Origin: Eledone cirrhosa
Taxonomy: Eukaryota
DNA length: 64,000 nt
Assembly (NCBI GenBank): GCA_964016885.1
Contig: OZ024741.1
Location: forward strand, 218,240,001 to 218,304,000
Direction: 5' to 3'
The notes under the pieces were generated by a model. The model ran no database searches. It had not been told where the DNA came from and saw only the letters and a program-made list of their open reading frames with translations. This document shows, in pieces, positions 1 through 13,355 of this stretch. Position numbers and translations under genes: made by a program. Position 1 is the first letter of the stretch. The number at the start of each line of letters is the position of its first letter.

Positions 1-65
1 CTCTCTCTCTCTCTGTCTTTATGTATATATATGTGTTTGTGTGTGTGTGAACCAACGTTCGTCGC

Positions 66-119
<54 letters not shown>

Positions 120-247
120 ATCTGATTATCTTGTACCTCTCTCTGTATAACGACCTATCCCACTCTCTCTCTACATCTCCCTTTCTCTCTTTACATGTAT
201 ATGTATATGTGTGTGTGTGTGTGTGTGTGATATATATAGAGAGAGAG
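1..247. repeat. Compound (CT)n/(GT)n/(TA)n microsatellite
   Basis: Dinucleotide runs seen directly. Confidence 0.95.
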
Positions 248-631
248 TTGCAACATGCATGTAGTTTCATAGATTTTTTAGGGTAGTAGTGTATTCAAAT
301 AGGTTTGTTTTCAAGTAAAAATATTTTATTCATAGTTGTACGAACAACATTACAAATCGTTTGCAATTCCTTCAGAATGAAAATATAAACAGAGCATATA
401 AATAAATTTACAGTAGAAAAACATAACAAATATGTTTTAAATATATACATAAATAACATTACAAATGCCTCGGTAACAATACAAAGGATGATATAATGAA
501 AGATATATTCCTTCAATGCTACAATATTAAAGGAAATGTAAAAGAAGGGGTGAACAACGGAGCCAACACCAGAGCAAAAGACAGCAGCGTCGCGAGTACT
601 GGGCAACCTCTCTAATGATTTTTGAGGCAAG

Positions 632-1069
632 CCAGCACACTCGCAGCGTTGCCTCGGGTGATGGCGAGGCTGGTGCGCTGAAATATTGTTTTAAAAGACT
701 TTTTGATGGAAATGAAGCAAAACGGAAGCTTAATGTTGAAACTTCGAACTCATGAATTTTGCTGAGTCGAAAACTGTTGCGTATTTTTGTACCTTTGCAC
801 GTTTATTCGTAACGTAAATAGATAAACAAATGACGCCATAAAAGGGAAATAACTCGTCTCTCATTTCTATTTATACATTTGAACTGAAAAATCAATACAT
901 TACAAATTTGATTTTTGCACTTGGCGTGGGTCGATTTGAAAATGTTTTTGACCAATGTCTCCGCCGGACCTTCATCTATAAGTGTAGCAATTTTAGCGAA
1001 ATTTGAACGTACAGTTTAGGAGGAGATGTGTACCAACCGTTTTAGTAGACAGACAGACAGACAACCTCA

Positions 1070-1078
<9 letters not shown>
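632..1078 (+). mobile_element. Possible non-autonomous Helitron/Helentron-like element
   Basis: Starts CCAGCACACTCGCAGCGTTGCCTCGGG and ends with (GACA)n then CTCAGTTTTATATAT into (TA)n. This layout resembles Lep1/HINE-type non-autonomous rolling-circle elements. Pattern recognition only. Confidence 0.35.
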
Positions 1079-1127
<49 letters not shown>

Positions 1128-1479
1128 TCAATACATAAACAGAGAAAGCCTTAAGCGATACTCCGACCAACTCCATCTCACTCAACAAACATTAGGATAT
1201 ACTAAAGTATTATCCCAATTTAGTGTTTGGGTGCTAACTAATCAGTATTTCGTGGATAGCTGGTTGTATTATTTTATATGAGACATTATTAAATAAATAT
1301 CTCATTTCTTCCAGACGGCCGTTTCGTTATAAGATTTCTACAATTTGGGATAAATAATTTCCAGGTTATGTAGAAACTTGTATATAATCCATAGTTTTAT
1401 ACACAAGCGTTCGGTTTAGGGTGTATGCTGAGGGTCTGTAGACTGATTGGAGCATATATATATATATGTGTGTGTATGT

Positions 1480-2530
1480 AAAAGGTAAACAGAAATAACA
1501 ACACAATCGGTACAGTATATGGAAGGGATATATTAGGTTGACGCTTGATACATCAGGAAGAAGGTCTTAACGTTTCGGACTCTAGTCCTTCATCAGAAAA
1601 AGAATGAGAAATAAGATAGATTGAGGGGACGGGCGGGCTGGAATTGGAAAAACTATCTTTAGATAAAAATAACAGGTCCATTCATGTTGACATCTCTTGC
1701 AAAACTGTTGGTGCTGCCGTTTTGTGTATGATTTATTGTTTTAGAAAAGTGGATGATGGAGCACGTCTACCTGAAATGGAAAAAAAAACTGTTTTGTAAA
1801 AAGAGCTATACTTGAACACGTGCTTAAGCATGTGTGTGTGTGTGTGTGTGTTATTATACGTCCGTACGAAGCTAAAAATAAATGTGTGTGTATATGTGAG
1901 TAAAAGAGTGTGTATGCATGTAAGTACGAAGCTATGAGCAAAAGTGTGTTAATATAAGGGTGTGTATGCGTGTATACAGAACAGTGAAGGGTAAAGTGGA
2001 GTGAGCATATTTAGTCGGTCTGTATTAGTTGTAAGAGAAGATGTTAAGGATCAAGAGAGAGTGATAGGAATCTAGAGGTGAATGTACAAGCGCGTGTGAT
2101 AATGGATGGGGTATTAAAGAAATTGGGGAGGTGAGTTGAGTCCAAGAGGGGAATAGAACCCAAGGCGGTGAATCAGACTTTGTCAGTCCTGGTGCGCGAG
2201 GCCTGTGATCTATGATGTAAAAGGACATCCTGGACTGAAACATGTAGGGAAGAATGACCAGGAGAACAGAAATGACGGGCGACAGGAGTATCCAAACCGA
2301 GTCGTATGTCACTCAGCAAAACGGTCCGTCATACGGCGTCCCGTTTGTCCGATGTATAAAGACCCGCAAAGGGAACACCGGAGGGCATAGACAACGTGGG
2401 CTGATTTGCAGAGTGAGAGAGTTTATGACGCAGGATGGCGGAATGGTAAAGAGGCCCACTTCGCTACACAAACTGGTTCCGCGTTCGATCCCACATTGTG
2501 ATATCTCGAGAAAGTCTCATTTACCATAGC
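1480..2530 (-). mobile_element. Degenerate Penelope-like element 3' fragment (GIY-YIG remnant plus pseudo-LTR with hammerhead)
   Basis: Minus strand ~2410-2310 reads CKSAHVVYALRCSLCGSLYIGQTGRRMTDRFAE*, then a frameshift into DIRLGLDTPVARHFCSPGHS (GIY-YIG). Hammerhead core at 1569-1596. Ends near a (TA/TG)n tract. Confidence 0.8.
1565..1600 (-). ncRNA. Minimal type I hammerhead ribozyme (Penelope pLTR type)
   Basis: Minus strand TTTT-CTGATGA-A-GGAC-TAGA-GTCC-GAAACGTT-AAGA. Both core boxes present, 4-bp stem II, palindromic AACGTT stem III, weak stem I. Confidence 0.7.
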
Positions 2531-2564
2531 CTGAAGTTGATCCATGCCGTGGTTTGATTCGAGT

Positions 2565-2652
2565 CACAATGAGAAAAGAAACTTGCTCAATATGGGATCG
2601 ACCGCGGGACCTAATATTTGTGAACTGAACCTTCCTATACATTCGGCCATAT
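2565..2652 (-). mobile_element. Degenerate tRNA-derived SINE head
   Basis: Minus strand has A-box-like TGGCCGAATG, B-box-like GGTCGATCCC, then TTGAGCAAG. Confidence 0.4.
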
Positions 2653-2816
2653 TGCGCCGACTAGATGTAATTATTTGTATGTCGTATCTACACAATGTCA
2701 TCACATTTATGGTATGACGTCTTTCACCCCAACACCGCCACCAGTTTATTTTTTTTGTCCGACCCTATACGTTTTTTTCTATGTAATCTAACCCCACCAC
2801 CACCACCACCACCACC

Positions 2817-2857
<41 letters not shown>

Positions 2858-3177
2858 CACCACCACCACCACTACCACCACGCAGTGTGTGTGTCTGTGT
2901 GTATGTGGGAAGAGAGAGAGAAGGCTTACCTGAATAAAATGTCATTCTGGCATATTAATTAAGGTAACTTTGCCTACAAGACCAGAATTCAAAAGACATC
3001 CTATGTAAGGTGCAACCAATCTAATGGTTTTTGCGAAGGCGGGAGTGGTGGTACATTTACCATTATCAAAGGAATCTTGATAGTGTTCACTTTTTAATTA
3101 TCCTCTTCGATTGAACAAATATCATTTTCGAACCAAAATAATAGATTTGGAGATTCTGAAACTAAGTCGAATAAATT

Positions 3178-3412
3178 ACACACCCACACACATACATATA
3201 TATACACACACATATACATATATACACACACATGCACACACACATATACACACACACATACATACACACACAAATACACGTACATACATATACATACACA
3301 CACACATATACACATACATACATATACATGCATACACACATATACATATACACACATACATTTACACACACACATTCACATACACATACACGCATACACA
3401 CACTACACACAT

Positions 3413-3449
<37 letters not shown>

Positions 3450-3595
3450 TACACACATACACACACATACATATACACATACACCCACATACACACACGT
3501 ACATATACACACAGACACCCACACCCACAGCACCCACACACACCACACACACCACACACACCACACACACCACACATACACACCACACACACAAC
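3178..3595. repeat. Degenerate (CA)/(CATA) microsatellite
   Basis: Seen directly. Confidence 0.95.
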
Positions 3596-3683
3596 CAAAA
3601 TGTAATCAAAGTTTCCAATGATTTTTCCGTAGGTTTATTTTTTTTTACGTGCTACGAGTAATGTTTTATAATATTTATGTTAG

Positions 3684-3845
3684 AGGTGTGGTGGTGGTGG
3701 TGGTGTTGGTGGTGTTGGTTGTGTGGTGGTAGTGGTGGTGGTGGTGGTGTTGTGGTGGTGGTGGTTGTATGGTGGTGGTAGTGTTGTTGTTGTTGTTGGT
3801 GGTGGTGTTGTTGTTGGTGGTGGTGGTTGTGTGGTGGTGGTGGTG

Positions 3846-3879
<34 letters not shown>

Positions 3880-3991
3880 TGTGGTGGTGGAGGTGGTGGT
3901 GTTGTTGTTGTTGTTGGTGGTGGTGGTTGTGGTGGTGGTGGTGGTGTTGGTGGTTGTGTGGTGGTAGTGGTGGTGGTGGTGGTGGTGGTTG

Positions 3992-4022
<31 letters not shown>

Positions 4023-4157
4023 GGTGTTGTGGTGGTGGTGGTGGTGGTGTTGGTGTTGGTGGTGGTGGTGGTGGTGGTGGTGGTGGTGGTGGTGTTGTGG
4101 TGGTGGTGGTGGTGCTGTTTTGGTGGTGGTGGTGGTTGTGTGGTGGTGGTGGTGGTG

Positions 4158-4189
<32 letters not shown>

Positions 4190-4914
4190 GGTGGTGGTGT
4201 TGTTGTTGGTGGTGGTGTTGTGGTGGTGGTGTTGTTGTTGGTGGTGTTGTGGTGGTGGTGTTGTCGTTGGTGGTGGTGGTTGTGTGGTGGTGGTGGTGGT
4301 GGTGGTGTTGTTGTTGTTGTTGTTGGTGGTGGTGTGGTGTTGGTGGTGGTGTTGTTGTTGTTGTTAGTGGTGGTGGTGTTGTTGTTGGTGGTGGTGGTCG
4401 TCGTGGTGGTGGTGGTGGTGGTGGTGTTGTGGTGGTGATAGTGGTGTTGTTGTTGGTGTTGGTGGTGGTCGTGGTGGTGGTGGTCGTGGTGGTGTGGTCG
4501 TGGTGGTGTGGTGGTAGTGGTGGTGGTGGTGGTGGTGGTTTTCTGGTGATGGTGCTGTTGTTGTTGTTGGTGGTGGTGGTGGTGGTTGTGGTGGTGGTGT
4601 TGTGGTGCCGGTGGTCGTGGTGTGGTGATGGTGTTGATGGTGGTGGTGGTGGTGGTGGTGGTAGTGGTGGTGGTAGAGGTGGTGGTGGTGATGTGGTGGT
4701 GGCAGTAGAGGTGGTTGTGGTGGTAGTGGTGATGTGTGGTGGTGTGGTGGTGGTGGTGGTCGTCGTCGTCGTCGTCGTGGTTGTGGTGGTGTGGGTTGTA
4801 GTGGTGGTAGTGTTGGTGGTGGTGGTGGTGGCAGTATGTGGGCAAGGGGCAGTGTTGTGTGGTGGTGGTGTATGGTGGCGGTAGTGTTGGTGTGGGTTGG
4901 TTGTGGTGGTGGTG
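3684..4914. repeat. (GGT)n/(GTT)n cryptic trinucleotide array
   Basis: ~1.2 kb of interleaved GGT and GTT triplets. Confidence 0.95.
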
Positions 4915-5070
4915 TCCTCTCTCTCCATCACACACGAGGTAACACATCCATAATGAAGTCACACTTGAGCTTCCCCCTCCCTTCAAGATTAACTAAAATG
5001 GTGAAGTGACCACATGAAAAGGAGGTTGGATCGATCAAGCTGAACCTTCGGCTAATATCTGGACCTCACA

Positions 5071-5590
5071 TACGAAGGTCGGCTGAAAAAGTCATAGGGT
5101 GACCAAGATGCTCTCATGGAATGACCAAATGAGGTTTATTTTTCAACATAGTTCCTGGAAAGAAAGATATTAATATGAAGAGTTGAAATTTATGCATGCA
5201 CGATTTCACTGCTCTAACATCACTCCTTCATAGGCTGACCAAAAGAGGTTTATTTTTCAACATAGTCCCTGGAAAGAAAGAATGCTGTTATTAATGTGAA
5301 GAGTTGAAGGACGGTGGATTGGCAGTATCGGTAGAGGGTCGGACGCCATGCTTTCCAGCATAGTTACGTTCATTTACGATCTGAGTTCAAATCCCGCCGA
5401 GGTTGACTTTGCCTTTCATCCTTACGGGGTCGATAAAATAAAGTACCAGTAATGCACTGGGTAATTGCTGGCCTTGTGCCTAAAGTAGAAACAATTAATG
5501 TGAAGAGTTGAAATTAATGCATGCAAGATTTCACATCACTAGCATCACTCCTTCATAGTCAGCCTATGAACTTTTCAGTTGAGTCTCGTA
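5071..5590. mobile_element. Tc1/mariner-type MITE with internal duplication and nested SINE
   Basis: Imperfect TIRs TACGAAGGTCGGCTGAAAAAGTCATAGG / CCTATGAACTTTTCAGTTGAGTCTCGTA with TA ends. An internal ~115-bp unit occurs twice. Confidence 0.75.
5309..5493 (+). mobile_element. tRNA-derived SINE (Meta-domain-like core), full length with 19-bp TSD
   Basis: B box GAGTTCAAATCCC and core GACTTTGCCTTTCATCCTTACGGGGTCGATAAAAT. TSD ATTAATGTGAAGAGTTGAA at 5290-5308 and 5494-5512. Near-identical copies at 8875, 9028 and 15360. Confidence 0.9.
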
Positions 5591-5724
5591 ATTAACCTTG
5601 GTTTTCTGAATGTATTGTATACGGGTTAGGACAATCAACGATTTTATTTCGTGAGTAGCTCTGGGGTTGTTCTATTCTATGTGTATTTACGTTCAGCTTT
5701 GGGCAATTGACGCTTCTATTTACA

Positions 5725-6040
5725 TACGAGGTGTGTCAAAAAAGTAACAGGACTTAGTGTGCTGTATGAACTACATGTTGGGTAGGGATTAACGGGTTGC
5801 GTCACCGTGTGACGTAACATCCGGGGAGTATATATCAGCTCTCTGCGGCCATTGTATGTTTTCTTTTCACATGCTTTTGTTAACAGCTTCTCAATATTAG
5901 GCTGTCGAGTGATGGGTACAGAACAATGAACCGGACTGAATTTTCTGGTCCGGCTAGGGAAAACTCCGTCAGAAGTACTTGGAATACTGAAGCGCGAGTA
6001 TGGAGAGGAGACGATGTCACGCTCACGGATTTTAAATTAG
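5725..6040 (+). pseudogene. Mariner transposon 5' fragment (TIR plus transposase N-terminal HTH)
   Basis: TA-CGAGGTGTGTCAAAAAAGT TIR-like start. From 5912 reads MGTEQ*TGLNFLVRLGKTPSEVLGILKREYGEETMSRSRI, matching the mariner N-terminal EQR..KF...GK..E....L...YG...SR pattern. The stop is probably CGA>TGA. Confidence 0.8.
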
Positions 6041-6059
6041 AAATCAATATCCACTCTGT

Positions 6060-6510
6060 GACTTACAGCTCTAACAATATCTTTCCAAGACCTTTGTTCT
6101 CTCCATACTTACGTCTCCCTCAAATATACGACTAAGAACTGTGTTCTCCCCAGACTTACGTCTCTCTCAAATATACAACTAAGGACTGTGTTCTCCCCAG
6201 ACTTACGTATCTATTAAATATATAACTAAGGTCTGTTTTCTCCCCATACTTACGGCTCTCTCAGATATACAACTAAGGACTGTGTTCTCTCCAGACTTAC
6301 GGCTCTCTCAAATACGTAACTAAGACCTCTGTTTTCCCCAGACTTACAGCTCTCTCAAATACGTAACTAAGACCCCTGTTCTCCCAGACTTACGTCTCTC
6401 TCAAATATATAACTTTGGCATCTGTACTCCCCAGTCTTACGTCTCTTTTAAATACGTAATTAAGGCGTCTGTTTGTTCCAGATTTACGTTTATATGAAAT
6501 ATATTATTAA
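6060..6510. repeat. ~47-bp minisatellite (AACTAAGGACTGTGTTCTCCCCAGACTTACGTCTCTCTCAAATATAC), ~9 copies
   Basis: Tandem copies seen directly. Confidence 0.9.
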
Positions 6511-6791
6511 AACAAGTGTGAATGTCCTGAAATATTTAATCCATCCTTCTAATATTTCGCCCCAGACTCACCACGACTCTATTGAATATTATGTTTCCAA
6601 GGCCACAGTGTATGATTGTTTGCCTTCTATTTAATCACAATACTGTATCGATTGATCGGCGACGGACGTGTATTGTCAACCAGAACATGAAGTCAATTAA
6701 AACTGGACACAAAATAATTTAATATGTTAATTTAAAATAAAGTGAATTTTAGAAACAAATTAGTTGAACAGTTGATTAGTACCGAAAACGT

Positions 6792-7123
6792 GTTGTTGTT
6801 GTTGTTGTTTCGGGCCTCCGTCTTTCACGATGATGAGTGTTCCAGTTGTTTGGTCAACGGAACCAGCCAGCTCGGTAAATTAAAGTGCAAGTGACTGAGC
6901 ATTTCACAGACACGTGGAGTCATTAACATAGTTCTCAGGAAGATTCAGTGTGATGTAAGGGGCAACGAAGCTGATATTTTGAATTTTTATTTTTTCAGCA
7001 GAGTGGACTGAAGCAACGGGCAATAAAATGTTTTGCTAAAGGACACACCACGCTGTCGAGAATCGAACTGAGGACTTTATATCGTCAGCCGAATATCCTA
7101 ACTATTAAACCACACACCTTCAC
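6792..7123 (-). mobile_element. CORE-type tRNA SINE, degenerate, with (AAC)n tail
   Basis: Minus strand GTGAAGGTGTGTGGTTTAATAGTTAGG ... GTTCGATTCTCG ... GTGTCCTTTAGCAAAACATTTTATT. Homologous to 7366-7511. Confidence 0.7.
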
Positions 7124-7171
7124 AATACCTAAAATAAAACTGTGGAAACTTCACTAGTTTATAACACAACC

Positions 7172-7940
7172 GTCTCATGTCTTTTGTCAAACATCTGATG
7201 GATGTCACACCATTGCCCCAGGGCCAACAGAACTGATAATGTGTTACCCTCCTAGAGGAAAGCGAGAAAGTTACATTACTATCTTTTACCTTTGTCAAAC
7301 ATCTGATGGATGTTACACCATAACCCCAGGGCCAACAGAACTGAGAATGTGTTACTCCGGGGGATGTGAAGGCGCATGGCTTAGTGGTTAGAACATTGGG
7401 CTTGCAATCGAAAGGTTGTGAGTTCAATTCTCGGACCGGGTGATGTGTTGTTTCCTTGAGCAAGAGACTTTATTTCACGTTGCTCCAGTTTACTCAGCTG
7501 TAGAAATGAGCTGATAGGACTGGGATCCCTATCATTAAATCACTCAAGGCACCTCCAACGAGATATACCTTGGAGGAGACCAGCTAAACCTGCATAGGTG
7601 TGAGCTGTAACAAAAAAAAAAAAAAAAATAACGTGGAAGTTACATTACCATCTCATGTCCTTCGGCAAACATCTGATGGATGTCACACCATAGCCCCAGG
7701 GCCGATAGAATGGCGAACGTGTTACCCTAGATGATAGTGAGGAGGTTGCACTACTATCTTATGCATTTTGCTAAGCATCTGATAGATGTTACACCATAAC
7801 CCCAGGGCCGATAGAAGAAAGAGAATGTGTTACCCCGGACAATAGCGAGGAAGATGCTGCGCTAGCGTCTTATTACCTTTGAGAAATATCTGATGGATGT
7901 TGTGTCACAGTTTCAGGGTTGACATAACTGAAAATGTGCT
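7172..7940. repeat. ~120-bp tandem repeat (CAAACATCTGATGGATGTCACACCATAGCCCCAGGGCC...) interrupted by a SINE
   Basis: About 5 copies near 7180, 7290, 7660, 7770 and 7880. Confidence 0.85.
7366..7628 (+). mobile_element. CORE-type tRNA SINE with atypical 3' segment and poly(A)
   Basis: A box TGGCTTAGTGG, B box GAGTTCAATTC and CORE-like TCCTTGAGCAAGAGACTTTATTTC. Segment 7512-7611 matches the 46.2-47.7 kb repeat unit. A-run at 7612-7628. Confidence 0.8.
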
Positions 7941-8109
7941 ACCCGGGTGGATAGCTAGGAAGATGTACTACATGAAGCAGTCTAACTGTCGGAGTTCGTT
8001 CTTGGAGCTTGCAGATGGTCATCTCCATCATGACAACAGTAAATAATGAAGAAGGTAGTCCGGGGATCCAGAATGCCAAGGGTTTTCTCCTGTTATGGGT
8101 CTGACAGGT

Positions 8110-8500
8110 GCATATCTGAGACTTGGACACTGACCAAGAAACTCACTCAGATGGTGGATGGGTGCTACACGAGAATACTGAGGATGGCTCTGAACATTAA
8201 TCAGTATACACTGAGGATGAAGAACTCTGAGCTATCCGGGAGCCTCCCAAAAGTCAGCTCGAAAGTGACACAGAGGAGACTGAGGTTAGCTGGACATGCT
8301 CACCGACATCCAGAGTAGACACAGCACTCAGTGCTCCTGTGGGAGCCCTTGCATGGACACACTGGAAGAGGAAGACCGAAGTTAGCGTATGTTGACGCCC
8401 TAAGGACAGACACTGGTCTGTTGGAGACGCAGGACATGGCAGCGATGATGACGGACAGAGACCGGCTGTAGAGAACTCGTCCATGGATCTCGGGAATTTT
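8110..8500 (+). mobile_element. RTE/RTE-X-like LINE 3' coding fragment
   Basis: SETWTLTKKLTQMVDGCYTRILRMALNI...VSSKVTQRRLRLAGHAHRHPE*...LLWEPLHGHTGRGRPKLAYVDALRTDTG is a typical RTE-clade post-RT C-terminus. Confidence 0.85.
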
Positions 8501-8639
8501 ACCCGCCCTAGATGGGTCTGACAAGACAAACTAACGAGTAGTCCGGTGACCGAGAGAGTCAAGGCTTTTCTCCTGTTAGGGATCTGACAAGAAGACAGAC
8601 TATGTCAAGAGGCTCGTTTTCTGTTTTTCAAAATCCTAA

Positions 8640-8871
8640 TACAACATATTATATAACAACATATTATATAACAGCATATTATATAACAACATATTATATA
8701 ACAACATATTATATAACAACATATTATATAACAACATATTATATAACAACATATTATATAACAACATATTATATAACAACATATTATATAACAACATATT
8801 ATATAACAACATATTATATAACAACATATTATATAACAACATATTATATAACAACATATTATATAACATAT
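8640..8871. repeat. Near-perfect 15-bp minisatellite (ACAACATATTATATA) x~15
   Basis: Seen directly. Confidence 0.97.
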
Positions 8872-8874
8872 ATA

Positions 8875-8987
8875 TGAGTTCAAATCCCGCCGAGGTTGAC
8901 TTTGCCTTTCATCCTTACGGGGTCGATAAAATAAAGTACGAGTAATGCACTGGGTAATTGCTGGCCTTGTGCCTAAAGTAGAAACAA
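8875..8987 (+). mobile_element. 5'-truncated SINE copy (same family as 5309)
   Basis: Almost identical to the 3' part of the 5309 copy. Flanking repeat ATTATATAACATAT at 8858-8871 and 8987-9000. Confidence 0.9.
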
Positions 8988-9027
8988 TTATATAACATAT
9001 TGTAGTACACCCTTCACACCCCATTAA

Positions 9028-9124
9028 TAATTGTCTCTACTTTTGGCACAAGGCCAGCAATTACCCCAGTGCATCACCGGTACTTTATTTTATCGACCCC
9101 ATAAGGATGAAAGGCAAAGTTAAC
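9028..9124 (-). mobile_element. 5'-truncated SINE copy, inverted
   Basis: Reverse complement of the same SINE core and tail. Confidence 0.9.
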
Positions 9125-9299
9125 ACACCCCACTGTAATAATGAGGGTGGAGTGGGAGAAAAATTAGATTAACACATGAAATAAACGTTCAGATTAAGAG
9201 CGAAGAGAGGGGGGCGGGTCAATTTATGAAGTGTTCCCGTCCCGAGACGGGCTGTTGAGGGTGGGGGTGAGAACTCTCGTCAGCTAATGATTTATAGGA

Positions 9300-9930
<631 letters not shown>

Positions 9931-10179
9931 ACCTTGGGATTGACATATTTGCAACGTTAATTATTTGTAAAAATAAAGAAAATAATAACAAAAATCAAAA
10001 GAAAAAGAAGCAAAAGAAATAAAATCGAAGCTGACTGCATACATTGCATATTGAGTAGGGAAGGAATGCAAATTTCTCATTACATGGCTTTAATGTGAGA
10101 AAAACAACTCCGACAGAGAGAAATAGCAACGGACCATAGCAACTTCTGGAAATTATAAATGGCAGTGTTTTTTTTACAT

Positions 10180-12000
10180 GAAATGATAGAGTGAAGCGAT
10201 AAAGGCAGGCGATAGAATAAAACGGCAGAGACAAGAGATAGAGTGAAACGATAGATGCAAGCGATGGAGTGAAACAATAGAAGAAAGCGATAAAGTGAAA
10301 TGACAGAGTAAAACGATATAGTGAAACGAGAGATGCAAGCCGATAGAATTAAACACTAGAGGCAAGCGAGAGAGTGAAATACTAGAGGCAGCCGATAGAG
10401 GGAAATACTAGAGACAACCGATAGAGGGAAACGATAGAGGCAACCGATAGAGGGAAATACTAGAGGCAGCCGATAGAGGGAAATACTAGAGACAACCGAT
10501 AGAGGGAAACGATAGAGGCAACCGATAGAGGGAAATACTAGAGGCAGTCAATAGAGGGAAACGATAGAGGCAACCGATAGAGGGAAATACTAGAGGCAGT
10601 CGATAGAGGGAAGCGATAGAGGCAACAGATAGAGGGAAATACTAGAGGCAGTCGATAGAGGGAAATACTAGAGGCAACCGATAGAGGGAAATACTAGAGG
10701 CAGTCGATAGAGGGAAATACTAGAGGCAACCGATAGAGGGAAATACTAGAGGCAGTCAATAGAGGGAAGCGATAGAGGCAACCGATAGAGGGAAATACTA
10801 GAGGCAGTCGATAGAGGGAAATACTAGAGGCAACCGATAGAGGGAAATACTAGAGGCAGTCGATAGAGGGAAATACTAGAGGCAACCGATAGAGGGAAAT
10901 ACTAGAGGCAGTCAATAGAGGGAAGCGATAGAGGCAACCGATAGAGGGAAATACTAGAGGCAGTCGATAAAGGGAAATACTAGAGACAACCGATAGAGTG
11001 AAACGATAGAGGCAACCGATAGAGGGAAATACTAGAGGCAGTCGATAGAGGGAAACGATAGAGGCAACTGATAGAGGGAAATACTAGAGGCAGTCGATAG
11101 AGGGAAACGATAGAGGCAACTGATAGAGGGAAATACTAGAGGCAGTCGATAGAGGGAAACGATAGAGGCAACTGATAGAGGGAAATACTAGAGGCAGTCG
11201 ATAGAGGGAAACGATAGAGGCAACTGATAGAGGGAAATACTAGAGGCAACCGATAGAGGGAAGCGATAGAGGCAACCGATAGAGGGAAATACTAGAGGCA
11301 ACCGATAGAGGGAAATACTAGCGGCAACCGATAGCGGGAAATACTAGAGGCAACCGATAGAGGGAAATACTAGAGACAACCGATAGAGGGAAATACTAGA
11401 GGCAACCGATAGAGGGAAATACTAGAGACAACCGATAGAGGGAAATACTAGAGGCAACCGATAGCGGGAAATACTAGAGGCAACCGATAGAGGGAAATAC
11501 TAGCGGCAACCGATAGAAGGAAATACTAGAAGCAGTCGATAGAGCGAAACGATAGAAGCAACCGATAGAGGGAAATACTAGAGGCAGTCGATAGAGCGAA
11601 ACGATAGAGGTAGCCGATAGAGAGAAACGATAGAGGCAGCTGATAGAGGGAAACGATAGAGGTAGCCGATAGAGGGAAACGATAGAGGGAAACGATAGAG
11701 GCTGTCGATAGAGGGAAATACTAGAGTTAGCCGATATAGTGAAACGATAGAGGCAGCTGAGAGGGAAATGACAGAGGTAGCCGATAGAGGGAAATACTAG
11801 AGGCTGTCGATAGAGGGAAATACTAGAAGCAACCGATAGAAGGAAATAACTGGAGACAGCCGATAGAATGAAACACTAGAGGCAAGCGATAGAGGGACAC
11901 AATAGAGGCAGACGATAGAGGCAGCTGATAGAGTGAAACGATTGAGAGAAACAATAGACAGAAACATTAGAGGTAAGCGATAGATTGAAAAGATAGAATC
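10180..12000. repeat. 13-bp monomer / 26-bp dimer minisatellite (GATAGAGGGAAAT-ACTAGAGGCAACC)
   Basis: Homogeneous core ~10380-11600 with degenerate flanks. Confidence 0.95.
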
Positions 12001-12204
12001 AGACGATACTAAAAAAAAAAGAAGGAAAATATAGAAGAAACATGGAAGAAAAAAAGTAGAAAATTACGTAAAGAGCAGAAATGAATTCATCTGACACAGA
12101 CACAATTTCACTGGAATTGTTTGCATTCAGTAAAAGAGATAACATTTCAGTCAGTTACACTGGTCGTTAAATGGTGTCTGAATTGGATATAGCTGTCTGT
12201 CAAT

Positions 12205-13355
<1,151 letters not shown>

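Noticed and set aside
3094-5009. Long His/Thr/Pro- or Gly/Val-rich ORFs (up to 444 aa)
   Set aside because: Open in most frames on both strands because (CA)n and (GGT)n lack stops. No domain or splice evidence.
5309-7511. tRNA genes suggested by A/B boxes
   Set aside because: No full cloverleaf. The boxes run into SINE cores and tails.
8602-9024. YYITT / CYIIC repeat ORFs
   Set aside because: Translation of a 15-bp minisatellite plus SINE sequence
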